64,000 bases of DNA from Gemmatimonadota bacterium (GTDB taxonomy: Bacteria; Gemmatimonadota; Gemmatimonadetes; JACCXV01; JAHWKZ01): NCBI GenBank assembly GCA_035513155.1, contig DATKCO010000019.1:3576-67575 (forward strand), read 5' to 3'. The position numbers and the translations under genes were made by a program. The first letter of the stretch is position 1; each line of letters starts with the position of its first letter. The notes below the pieces were generated by a model that saw only the letters and a program-made list of their open reading frames with translations, ran no database searches and had not been told where the DNA came from. This document shows, piece by piece, positions 38,095 through 46,252 of the stretch.

Positions 38095-39995
38095 CTCGGC
38101 GCGGATCGAAGACGGCACGCGCGCTCGGGCTGGTGGCGATCGCCGGCCTCCTGACCGCGTGCGGCGGAGGCAGTAGCGGGGGCGGCAACCCCATCGGGCC
38201 CGACGTCACCCCGCCGGGGATCCCCGTGTCGTCGCTGATCGTCGTCGATCCGCCGATCCCCGCGCCGCTCGTGCGGCTGTCGGGCGCCGCCGGCGCTGTG
38301 GAAGCGAGCGCGATCGTCCAGCTCTTGAACACCACGGCCGCCCAGCGCACGGGAGAGCCGGTGACCGCCACCGCGCAGGCCTCCACCCAGGGCGCGTTCA
38401 CGATCAGCGTGACCGCGCAGCTCGGCGACCAGCTCCAGGTGACGGCCACCGACGCGGCGGGGAACACGAGCGGAGCGCTGGCGCTCCAGGCCGGGCCGAT
38501 CCCGCTGAGCCTGAGCCTGACCGAGGCCGGCGGCAGCAACCTCGCCACGCTCGTCAGCGGGGAAGGCGCGTTCAATCTGCCGTTCCCCACCGGCGGCGAG
38601 CGGTACACGGTGATCGCCCAGTCGTTGAACCCGGGCAGCGGGACGTTCCCGCTGACGGTCTCGGGCAGCGTCGGCGCCCAGGTGCGGGCGCTGGCGCCGG
38701 CCGCACACGGCGAGACGCCGGCGGGGCTCGAGGGCGAGCTGAGGGCGGCCGAGCGACGGGCGGCCGCGACGTTGCCGCGCCCCCCGGCGCGCGGCCGGCG
38801 CCTCGGACTCGCCGACGATCCCGAGGTCGGCTCGACCCGGATGTTCAACGTCGTCAATCGCACTTCCGCGCCCTCCCTGACGAACCGCGCCCATTTCGAC
38901 GAGGTGACCGCCCGGCTCCGGTACAAGGGGGACCACACGCTGATCTACGTCGACACCCGCGCCGAGGGCCCGAATGTGAGCGACGCCCTGATCGAGCAGG
39001 TCGGGGACCGGTTCGACGACCACACCTACGGGATCGATCGCCAGGCGTTCGGCCCGGAGACCGACATCGACGTAAACGGGCGGGTGATCATCCTCCTGAC
39101 GCCCACGGTCAACGCGCTCAACACCCAGCAGACCGTCGACCAGGGCGGCATCCTGACGGGCTTCTTCTTCGGCATCGACCTGCTGTTCCACCCGTCCTTC
39201 AACCCGTTCTCGAACGACGCGGAGATCTTCTACACCATCGTTCCCGATCCGACCAAACAGTTCGGGCCGGCGGCGATCGGGGTCGATGGATTCGACGACC
39301 AGCTCGATGGAGTGCTGGCCCACGAGTTCCAGCATATGATCAACGCGGGGATCCGGATCAACGCGGGCGCGGCGTTCGAGACCGTGTGGCTCGACGAGGG
39401 GCTGGCCCACTACGCGGAGACCCTGAACCAGGTGACGTTCGACGGTCAGGTGGATCTCCAGAACACACTGCGGGCGGCGCTCTGGCTGCAGCGGCCGCAT
39501 GCCCATTCATTGGTCGGCGGCGAGGACACGCTCGAGCGGCGCGGTGCTGCGTGGCTCCTGGTCGCGTACCTGGTCGACCGGCGCGGGCCGGGAATCCTCC
39601 GCCAGCTCGTCGCGGGACCGTTCACCGGGATCCCCAACGTGGAGATCCACGCCGACACGTCCTTCCCGTTCCTGTTCTTCCAGTGGACCGCCGCGCTGCT
39701 GCTGGACGGCCAGGGGATCTCCTCCGACCCGGCCTTCGATATCCCCAGCCTCGACGTGCGGCAGCGGTTCCAGGCCGCCAAGGCGTGGTGGGCGGGCACG
39801 ACCCGGCTCCCCGGTCCGTTCCTCGGCCTGCGGGTCGCCACCGTCCCCGGATCGCTGGGGAGCACCGGGATCTCGCTCGCCGGCTCGAGCCCGGCCTACT
39901 TCGACGTGGGCGCCTCCAACCCCGGGACCATTCCGGTGATCGTGCGCGCCGACCGGCAGTCGAACCTCCAAGTGACGATCATCCGCACGCAATGA
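38091..39995 (+). CDS. lipoprotein with Ig-like domain and HExxH zinc-metallopeptidase motif
   Basis: Internal GTG (GTGA overlap). 634 aa with lipobox LLTAC. HEFQH lies at 39321-39335, followed by DEGLAHYAE (a possible third ligand). Confidence 0.65.
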   Translation: MTRRGSKTARALGLVAIAGLLTACGGGSSGGGNPIGPDVTPPGIPVSSLIVVDPPIPAPLVRLSGAAGAVEASAIVQLLNTTAAQRTGEPVTATAQASTQGAFTISVTAQLGDQLQVTATDAAGNTSGALALQAGPIPLSLSLTEAGGSNLATLVSGEGAFNLPFPTGGERYTVIAQSLNPGSGTFPLTVSGSVGAQVRALAPAAHGETPAGLEGELRAAERRAAATLPRPPARGRRLGLADDPEVGSTRMFNVVNRTSAPSLTNRAHFDEVTARLRYKGDHTLIYVDTRAEGPNVSDALIEQVGDRFDDHTYGIDRQAFGPETDIDVNGRVIILLTPTVNALNTQQTVDQGGILTGFFFGIDLLFHPSFNPFSNDAEIFYTIVPDPTKQFGPAAIGVDGFDDQLDGVLAHEFQHMINAGIRINAGAAFETVWLDEGLAHYAETLNQVTFDGQVDLQNTLRAALWLQRPHAHSLVGGEDTLERRGAAWLLVAYLVDRRGPGILRQLVAGPFTGIPNVEIHADTSFPFLFFQWTAALLLDGQGISSDPAFDIPSLDVRQRFQAAKAWWAGTTRLPGPFLGLRVATVPGSLGSTGISLAGSSPAYFDVGASNPGTIPVIVRADRQSNLQVTIIRTQ

Positions 39996-40819
39996 GCCCG
40001 GTGGCCCGCGAGGGCGGGCTGCGGGCGATCGCCCGGGCGCGCCTGGCGGCCGATGGCCCCATGCCGGCGGCGCCCCTCGCGCGGGAGGTCCTCGGCCTCG
40101 AGCGCGTGGAGCCGTCGATCGCGGAGCGGCTGGTGGGCACGCTGCTGGCGGGCGACACCGCCTTCGAGCGGACCGGCGACGGGCACTGGCGGCTGGCGGC
40201 CCTGTCTCTCGCCGGCGCGACCCGCTCGATCCGCGAGGTCCCGTTCGTCGTCGTCGACGTCGAGACGACGGGGGGACGGCCGCCGGGGGACCGGATGATC
40301 GAGATCGCCGCGGTCCGCGTGTGCGGGAACCGGGTGGAGGCCGAGTGGTCGACCCTGGTCGATCCCGGCCGGGGGATCCCGCCGTTCGTCTCGCGGCTCA
40401 CCGGGATCGGCAACGGCGCGGTCGCGGTGGCTCCTCCGTTCGAGCGCGTGGCCGACGAGTTCCTCGAGTTCCTGGGCGGCGCCGCGTTCGTGGCGCACAA
40501 CGCCCTCTTCGACTGGCGCTTCGTCAACGCCGAGCTCCTGCGGGCGCGCGGCGGCCGGCTGACGAACGCGCGGCTCTGCACCGTACGGCTCGCCCGCCGG
40601 CTCCTGCCCCACGTCCGGCGGCGGAACCTGGACGCGCTGGCGTGGCTCTTCGGGGTCGAGGTCCAGGGGCGGCACCGGGCGCTGGGGGACGCGCGCGCGA
40701 CCGCGCGGATCCTGCTCTCGCTCCTCGACGTGGCCGAGGAGCGGGGGGTGATCGACGAGCAGGACCTGGCGACCCTCGCGGGGGTCGGCGGAACCCTGTG
40801 GCCCGCCAGGCCGTACTAG
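39992..40819 (+). CDS. DEDDh 3'-5' exonuclease (DnaQ/epsilon-like) with N-terminal accessory domain
   Basis: Internal ATG (ATGA overlap). 275 aa with VVVDVETTG, FVAHNALFDWRF and HRALGDARAT motifs. Confidence 0.8.
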   Translation: MSPVAREGGLRAIARARLAADGPMPAAPLAREVLGLERVEPSIAERLVGTLLAGDTAFERTGDGHWRLAALSLAGATRSIREVPFVVVDVETTGGRPPGDRMIEIAAVRVCGNRVEAEWSTLVDPGRGIPPFVSRLTGIGNGAVAVAPPFERVADEFLEFLGGAAFVAHNALFDWRFVNAELLRARGGRLTNARLCTVRLARRLLPHVRRRNLDALAWLFGVEVQGRHRALGDARATARILLSLLDVAEERGVIDEQDLATLAGVGGTLWPARPY

Positions 40820-40824
40820 CCTCC

Positions 40825-41772
40825 ATGCCCGGCTTCGGATCCCGTCCGGCGCGCCGCCTCGCGGTGGCGATCCTCTCGCTCTGTCTCGCGCCCGCCCTGG
40901 CGTCCGCGCAGTCTGCGCCGGACGACCGCGCGCTTCAGATCGCCAGGCGCGCGCTGGACGCCGTGCGGGAGGGCTGGTCGCTCGCCCGCTATGACGAATC
41001 GCGCCAGGTGCGCGCCTCGATCAACCTGCGCGGAGCCGGGTCGCAGGGAGCCACCGCAAACCTGGTCGTCGACCGCGCCACCCCTCGCTGGCGGCTCGAC
41101 GCGGCGGGCGGGGTGGGACCGCTGACGCTGTGGGCGCTGCCCGACCGGACGGCGCTCCACGTGCCCGGCCTCGGGCAGTACGCCACCCGGCGCGGCGGCG
41201 GCCTCGCCGCGACGGCCGGCCAGGCCGGGAGGATCGACGCCGAGGTCGCGGCCATGCGGGCGCGGCTGGACGGTGGCTACGGCGCGCTCACGCTGGCCGG
41301 TGAGGAGACGATCGACGGCGCCCCCACCTGGAGGCTCGACGATCGGCCCGAGCCGGGCACGACGGCCTCCTACTGGATCGACCGGGCGACCCATCTGCCG
41401 CGCCGGATCGCGCTCGACCGGCCGGGCCGCCGGGACCTTCGGATCGACTTCGCCTACGGAGGCGGGCCGCGGCCGATCCGTGCCGTCGCCTACCTCCAGG
41501 GCCAGCGGGACGTCCAGGTCACGCTGACCCCCACCTACCAGGCGAGCGGGCGGGTCGTCCGGCTCCAGGTGGTGGCGCAGCCGTCCGGCGGATCGCCGGT
41601 CACGACCGACGTCACGTTCGACTGGTCGTCGTCGACGAGCGCGGAGTTCTTCCGCTTCACGCCTCCGGCGGGGGCCACCGAGGTCTCGTTCCAGCAGCTC
41701 TCCCAGGGCGTGCTCCTGATGGCGGCCGGCGCGCTCGGAAGCCTCCTGCCCGTCCTCCTGGGGGCGACCTGA
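40825..41772 (+). CDS. secreted hypothetical protein (possibly LolA-like fold) with C-terminal hydrophobic helix
   Basis: Internal ATG 5 nt after the previous stop. 315 aa with signal peptide LAPALASA-QS. No diagnostic motif. Confidence 0.45.
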   Translation: MPGFGSRPARRLAVAILSLCLAPALASAQSAPDDRALQIARRALDAVREGWSLARYDESRQVRASINLRGAGSQGATANLVVDRATPRWRLDAAGGVGPLTLWALPDRTALHVPGLGQYATRRGGGLAATAGQAGRIDAEVAAMRARLDGGYGALTLAGEETIDGAPTWRLDDRPEPGTTASYWIDRATHLPRRIALDRPGRRDLRIDFAYGGGPRPIRAVAYLQGQRDVQVTLTPTYQASGRVVRLQVVAQPSGGSPVTTDVTFDWSSSTSAEFFRFTPPAGATEVSFQQLSQGVLLMAAGALGSLLPVLLGAT

Positions 41773-43352
41773 GGCTCCGGCCGGGCCCGGGGCTCCTCGT
41801 CCTCGGGCTGGCGGCCGCGCTCGTCTCGTCGGGCCGGACGGCCCACGCGGCCGGGATCCCCCAGGAGGCCAGGATCCCCCAGGAGGCCGGCGGGTCGGGG
41901 CTCGACCGTTCGGGCCCTCCGCCCGACTCGCTCGCCGTGGCGCTGAGCGCGGCCCGGGCGGCGTGGGAGAGCGGCGACGCCGAGTCGGCCGTGGCCGCGT
42001 GGCGCCGCGCCCAGGGTGTGCTCGGGCTCCATCTCCTCTACAGTGGCGACGATCGCTTCCTCTACGAGGAGAGCGTCGAGATCTACCGCGGGCTCGCCGA
42101 GGCGTACCTCGGGCTCGACCTCCCCTATGCGGCGGCCGTCGAGGCGGCCCGCGGCGTGAACATCACGGAGGACGATGCACGGCTGTGGACGCTGCTGGGG
42201 AGCGCGCGCTATCGCCTCGCGGACGTAGCGGGTGCGATCGAGGCGTTCGAGCGGGGGCTCGCGCTCGACCCGGGGCAGGCGGAAGCCCACTGGGGTCTGG
42301 CGCTGAGCGCGACCGCCGGGAACCGCCTCGCCGAGGCGCGCGAGCGGGGGGCCCGGGCGCTGTCGCTCTCGCCCCAGCCGCGCTACGCGCTCTCGCTCGC
42401 GCAATGGGCCGCGGCGGCGGGGGATTTCGCGGAGGCGGCCGCGGGGCTCGAGCGGTTCCTCGAGCTGGGGTCCGACGACCCGCGCGCGGAGGGCTACCGG
42501 AGCCTGGCGGGGTTCTATCGGGAGGTGGCGCGCGCTCCGGCCAATCGGATCGACCCGCGGGTCACCCGCGCCCAGCTCAACTTCGACCTCAAATCCGGCG
42601 ACGAGATCCCCTACGTGCCGGTCCGGTTCAACGGGAGCTCGGAGGCGTACGTCCTGTTCGACACCGGCGCCGAGCGCAACGTGATCGACCGCCAGTTCGC
42701 GCGCTCGATCGGGGTGGAGCGCATCTGGCCCGGGGGCCGCCTCCACGGGGCGTACCGGCAGTCGCCCGGCGGCTACGCGATCGTCGACAGCCTCGGCATC
42801 GGGAGCCTCGCGATCGCCCGCGTCCCGTTCGCGGTCGGGGACTTCGAGGCGCTGGATCTGAGAGGCCAGGGACCCTATTACATCGCCGCCGTGATCAACC
42901 CCGCCCTCGTGCTGCGGGACTTCCTCGTCCTGCTCGACTACGGGCACCGCCGGATCGAGCTCGTACGCTACGGCGCGGGCGGGGAGGAGTACCTCGCCCG
43001 GCCCTACAAGCTGCGCCGGACGATCGTGCCGTTCCTGTTCGACGTGAACGCGGTGTGGCCGGTGATCTCGGTCTCCCTGGACGGCTCGCGGCCGCTGCCC
43101 TTCCTCGCCGACACGGGAGCCAGCGACCTTCTCCTCGGGCGATCGACCGGCTCCGCCCTGCTGGTCGACCCCGAGCGGTTCACGGCCACCGCCGGCGGCC
43201 ACTCCCGGGATGATCTGCGGGCCATCCTGCTGGACGGGACCCCCGGGGAGCCGTGGGGGATCGACGTCCACGGGGTCGTCGGCTATCCGTTCTTCCGCGA
43301 CATGCGGATCGCCTTCGACTACCAGCGGATGCAGCTGGCGATCGAGAACTGA
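41769..43352 (+). CDS. secreted TPR protein with two retropepsin-like (DTG) aspartyl-protease domains; first canonical start is GTG 41937, proposed CTG start at 41769
   Basis: TPR-like repeats, then VLFDTGAERN (DTG 42660-42668) and FLADTGASDL (DTG 43110-43118). The frame stays open upstream and encodes a signal peptide from the CTG in CTGA at 41769. Confidence 0.65.
   Translation: MRLRPGPGLLVLGLAAALVSSGRTAHAAGIPQEARIPQEAGGSGLDRSGPPPDSLAVALSAARAAWESGDAESAVAAWRRAQGVLGLHLLYSGDDRFLYEESVEIYRGLAEAYLGLDLPYAAAVEAARGVNITEDDARLWTLLGSARYRLADVAGAIEAFERGLALDPGQAEAHWGLALSATAGNRLAEARERGARALSLSPQPRYALSLAQWAAAAGDFAEAAAGLERFLELGSDDPRAEGYRSLAGFYREVARAPANRIDPRVTRAQLNFDLKSGDEIPYVPVRFNGSSEAYVLFDTGAERNVIDRQFARSIGVERIWPGGRLHGAYRQSPGGYAIVDSLGIGSLAIARVPFAVGDFEALDLRGQGPYYIAAVINPALVLRDFLVLLDYGHRRIELVRYGAGGEEYLARPYKLRRTIVPFLFDVNAVWPVISVSLDGSRPLPFLADTGASDLLLGRSTGSALLVDPERFTATAGGHSRDDLRAILLDGTPGEPWGIDVHGVVGYPFFRDMRIAFDYQRMQLAIEN
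41853..41888 (+). repeat. 18-nt tandem duplication (2 copies, 17/18 identical)
   Basis: [g/a]ggatcccccaggaggcc occurs twice. In frame it encodes GIPQEA-RIPQEA. Confidence 0.8.
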
Positions 43353-43371
43353 GCCCCCGGACCCGCCGTGG

Positions 43372-43400
43372 TTGAGGGAGGCCCCGGAGGTGGTTATATT
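43372..43400 (+). promoter_or_regulatory. candidate sigma70-like promoter for the RNase E/G gene
   Basis: TTGAGG (43372-43377), 17-nt spacer, TATATT (43395-43400). This would give a leader of about 375 nt. Confidence 0.35.
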
Positions 43401-43783
43401 CACATCGTCCCGAGACTGGATGTCGGCTCGCCGTCCGGGACGACGCTGACTTTGTTCGCCACTCGATCTCGTGAGCGGCGCGATCACAACTGTTCGATCT
43501 TCGGGAATCATTCAACGTTGAGCTCTCACCTCGATCCATCCAGCGAAGTCCCCGCGGTGCACCGTGCGGGGCCGTCCGTCCGTGACCCGCTCGCAGGCGC
43601 CCTGCCGACGCGGCGCCTCCTGCGTCCGCCGCGCTTCCATGCGGCTGGAGCCCTGACCGCGGCTCCGCCGGGAGAGCACGGGTCCCGCTCGATGGAGGGG
43701 TGAAGGCTCGCGTCCGGGGGCATCCCCCGCGACGCCTGCTGCAAAGGACCGGACTCCATGCTCCGCATCTCCGCGAGCCCCTC

Positions 43784-45346
43784 GTGAAGCGCGAGATCCT
43801 CGTCAACGTCAGCCCCAAGGAAACCCGCGTCGCCATCCTCGAGGACGACCAGCTCTGCGAGCTGCTCGTCGATCGCGAGGAGGAAGAGCGTCACGTCGGC
43901 GACATCTACAAAGGACTCGTGACCGCTGTCCTTCCCGGCATGCAGTCGGCGTTCGTCGACATCGGGATGGAGAAGAGCGGCTTCCTCCACGTCTCCGACC
44001 TCGCGTCCAGCACCTACCACGACGATGACGACGACGAGGAGGAGGATGGCGGTAACGGCGGCGATCGCGGCGGCCGTCGCCGCCGCGGCCGTCGCGGACG
44101 GGACTCCGGCCCCGCGATCCAGGACGTCCTCAAGCGCGGTCAGGAGATCATCGTCCAGGTCACCAAGGAGGCGATCTCGACGAAGGGGCCGCGGCTGACC
44201 GGCCAGGTCTCCCTGCCCGGGCGGTTCCTGGTGTTCATGCCGGGTGTCGATCATGTGGGCGTGAGCCGCAAGATCGACGATCGCTCGGAACGCAATCGTC
44301 TGCGGCAGATCCTGCGCGACGTCAAGCCCACGGAGGGAGGCGTGATCGTGCGCACCGCCGGCGAGGAGACCTCGCGCGAGGAGTTCGAGCGCGAGGTCCG
44401 GGGCCTCACCGAGTCGTGGAAGCGCGTGCGCAGCAAGGCCGAGCGCTCGCCGGCCCCGGCCCTGCTCCATCAGGAAGAGGAGCTCACGTCCGGTCTCATC
44501 CGCGACATCTTCTCGGAGAAGGTGGACCGGCTGGTGATCGACGACCGGCAGCTGTACCAGCAGGTGCGCAAGTACCTCAAGAGCGTGTCGCCCGAGCTGC
44601 TGGACCGGGTCAAGCTCTACAACGACCGGATCCCCCTGTTCGACGCGATGGGGATCGAGCCCGAGATCGAGGGCGCGATGCAGCGCGAGGTCCGGCTGTC
44701 CTCCGGGGGTTCCATCGTCATCGAGCCCACCGAGGCCCTGGTGTCGATCGACGTGAACACGGGACGTTATACCGGCCGCAAGGATCCGGAGGCGACGATC
44801 CTGCGGACGAACCTCGAGGCCGCCCGCGAGATCGCGCGCCAGCTGCGCCTGCGGGACATCGGCGGGATCATCGTGTGCGACTTCATCGACATGGAGCTGC
44901 CGGCCAACCGCAAGAAGGTGCTGCACGAGCTGAAGTCGTGGCTGGGCCGGGACCGGGCCAAGACGAAGGCCTTCGAGGTCAGCGACCTGGGGCTCATCGA
45001 GATGACCCGCCAGCGCCGGCGGCCGAGCCTGTACCAGACGGCCACCGAGGTCTGCGACGACTGCGCCGGCTCCGGCCGGGTGCTGCAGTTCACCGCGCTC
45101 TCCCGGAAGATCGAGCGGCAGATCCGCCGCGTGGGGCTGTCGGGCAAGGAGAAGAAGGTCCAGGTCCGGGCCCATCCCGCGGTCGCCCTCCATCTGATCG
45201 AGGAGGAGCGGGGAACGTTCGACCAGCTCAAGAAGGAGTACGGCGTGGAGGTGGAGATCCGTGACGATCCCCTCCTCCACCGCGACGAGTTCAACCTGGT
45301 CTCGCTGCCAAGCCAGCGCCCGCTGAAGCTCGATCTGAGCGCATGA
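43784..45346 (+). CDS. rng: ribonuclease E/G family endoribonuclease
   Basis: Internal GTG. 520 aa with an S1 domain (GDIYKGLVTAVLPGMQSAFVDIG), VSIDVNTG, IIVCDFIDM and a CDDCAGSG Zn-link. Short, Rng-like length. Confidence 0.9.
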   Translation: MKREILVNVSPKETRVAILEDDQLCELLVDREEEERHVGDIYKGLVTAVLPGMQSAFVDIGMEKSGFLHVSDLASSTYHDDDDDEEEDGGNGGDRGGRRRRGRRGRDSGPAIQDVLKRGQEIIVQVTKEAISTKGPRLTGQVSLPGRFLVFMPGVDHVGVSRKIDDRSERNRLRQILRDVKPTEGGVIVRTAGEETSREEFEREVRGLTESWKRVRSKAERSPAPALLHQEEELTSGLIRDIFSEKVDRLVIDDRQLYQQVRKYLKSVSPELLDRVKLYNDRIPLFDAMGIEPEIEGAMQREVRLSSGGSIVIEPTEALVSIDVNTGRYTGRKDPEATILRTNLEAAREIARQLRLRDIGGIIVCDFIDMELPANRKKVLHELKSWLGRDRAKTKAFEVSDLGLIEMTRQRRRPSLYQTATEVCDDCAGSGRVLQFTALSRKIERQIRRVGLSGKEKKVQVRAHPAVALHLIEEERGTFDQLKKEYGVEVEIRDDPLLHRDEFNLVSLPSQRPLKLDLSA

Positions 45347-45759
45347 GCGGACGGCTCCGGCGCGTGCGGTGGGGGATCGCGCTGGCACTGGCCCTGGGCC
45401 CCGCCCTCGGCCTCGCGGGCTGCCAGGACCTGCTGCAGGAGCCGGACTCGGGGATCGCGCTCGCCCCGGTGCGGCTCGAGGTGGTCGCCGGCGACGGGCA
45501 GACGGGAGCGCCCGCGCGGGCCCTGCCGGCGCCCCTGAGGGTGAGGATCCTGGACGCGGAGGGTAGGCCGATGACCCGGATGTGGGTCGAGTGGACGGCC
45601 GACGCGGGATCGGGGCGGGCGACGCCGCGGAACACCTTCACGGATGCCGACGGCATCGCCGAGACGACATGGACGCTGGGACCGGACGCGGGGAATCAGG
45701 AGCTCCGGGCGAACCTCGGGCAGGCGCGCTTCGTGTTCCGCGCCACGGCGGCCCCGTGA
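45343..45759 (+). CDS. small lipoprotein with Ig-like (Big-type) domain, paralog 1
   Basis: 138 aa with lipobox GLAGC. GDGQTG...LPAPLRVRILD...TDADGIAETTWTLG pattern. ATGA overlap with rng. Confidence 0.65.
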   Translation: MSGRLRRVRWGIALALALGPALGLAGCQDLLQEPDSGIALAPVRLEVVAGDGQTGAPARALPAPLRVRILDAEGRPMTRMWVEWTADAGSGRATPRNTFTDADGIAETTWTLGPDAGNQELRANLGQARFVFRATAAP

Positions 45760-46157
45760 GCGCCGTCCGCAGCCCGGTCGTGCTGGCGGCCCTGATCGGT
45801 CTCCTGGCCCTCGGGTCGGTGGCCTGCGAGGACCTGCTGCAGGAGCCGGACACCGGGATCGCGACCCCGCTGACCCTCGTCGTCGAGTCGGGCGACGACC
45901 AGACCGCCGAGCCCGGATCGACGCTCCCCGCCCCGCTCCGGGTGCGGCTGGTGGACCTCCAGTCGCACTCGGTGGAGCGCCTGCGGGTCGAGTGGGTGGT
46001 GCTCGCGGGGTCCGGCCGTGCGAGCCCCCGGAACACGTTCCCGGACGACGAGGGGATCACCGAGACCACCTGGACGCTGGGGCCCGAGGCCGGCCTTCAG
46101 GTCGTGGAGGCCCGGGTCGGCTCGGAGACCGCCAGGTTCGAGGCCAACGGGAGGTAG
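45756..46157 (+). CDS. small lipoprotein with Ig-like (Big-type) domain, paralog 2
   Basis: Internal GTG (GTGA overlap). 133 aa with lipobox-like GSVAC. Roughly half its residues are identical to paralog 1 when aligned by eye. Confidence 0.65.
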   Translation: MSAVRSPVVLAALIGLLALGSVACEDLLQEPDTGIATPLTLVVESGDDQTAEPGSTLPAPLRVRLVDLQSHSVERLRVEWVVLAGSGRASPRNTFPDDEGITETTWTLGPEAGLQVVEARVGSETARFEANGR

Positions 46158-46170
46158 CCGGCCGCGACGG

Positions 46171-46200
46171 TTGACAGGGTCGTCGCGAGGGCGGTATTTT
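46171..46200 (+). promoter_or_regulatory. sigma70-like promoter upstream of rplU
   Basis: TTGACA (46171-46176), 18-nt spacer, TATTTT (46195-46200), about 50 nt before the ATG. Confidence 0.55.
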
Positions 46201-46252
46201 TCATCTTTTCGTCCGGGCCATTTCGGTCCGGCAGATCCCACGGAAGAGAGCC

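Noticed and set aside
41853-41888. 18-nt tandem repeat considered as a CRISPR-like or regulatory repeat
   Set aside because: There are only two adjacent copies with no spacers. They lie in frame within the open reading frame and encode GIPQEA-RIPQEA just after the predicted signal peptide. This is a simple in-frame duplication.
43368-43703. 111-aa ORF within the rng leader region
   Set aside because: It has no SD, its composition is atypical for proteins in this window, and it crosses several strong hairpins. I interpret the region as non-coding leader, but this was not tested.
43526-45388. 620-aa minus-strand ORF antisense to the RNase E/G gene
   Set aside because: Its composition is dominated by Leu/Arg/Asp/Gly/Ala from the antisense of GC-rich codons. 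It has no motifs and is fully covered by a well-supported gene. The long antisense ORFs at 12000-13823, 36322-38118, 57592-59361, 30818-32662 and 41535-43511 were rejected on the same reasoning.
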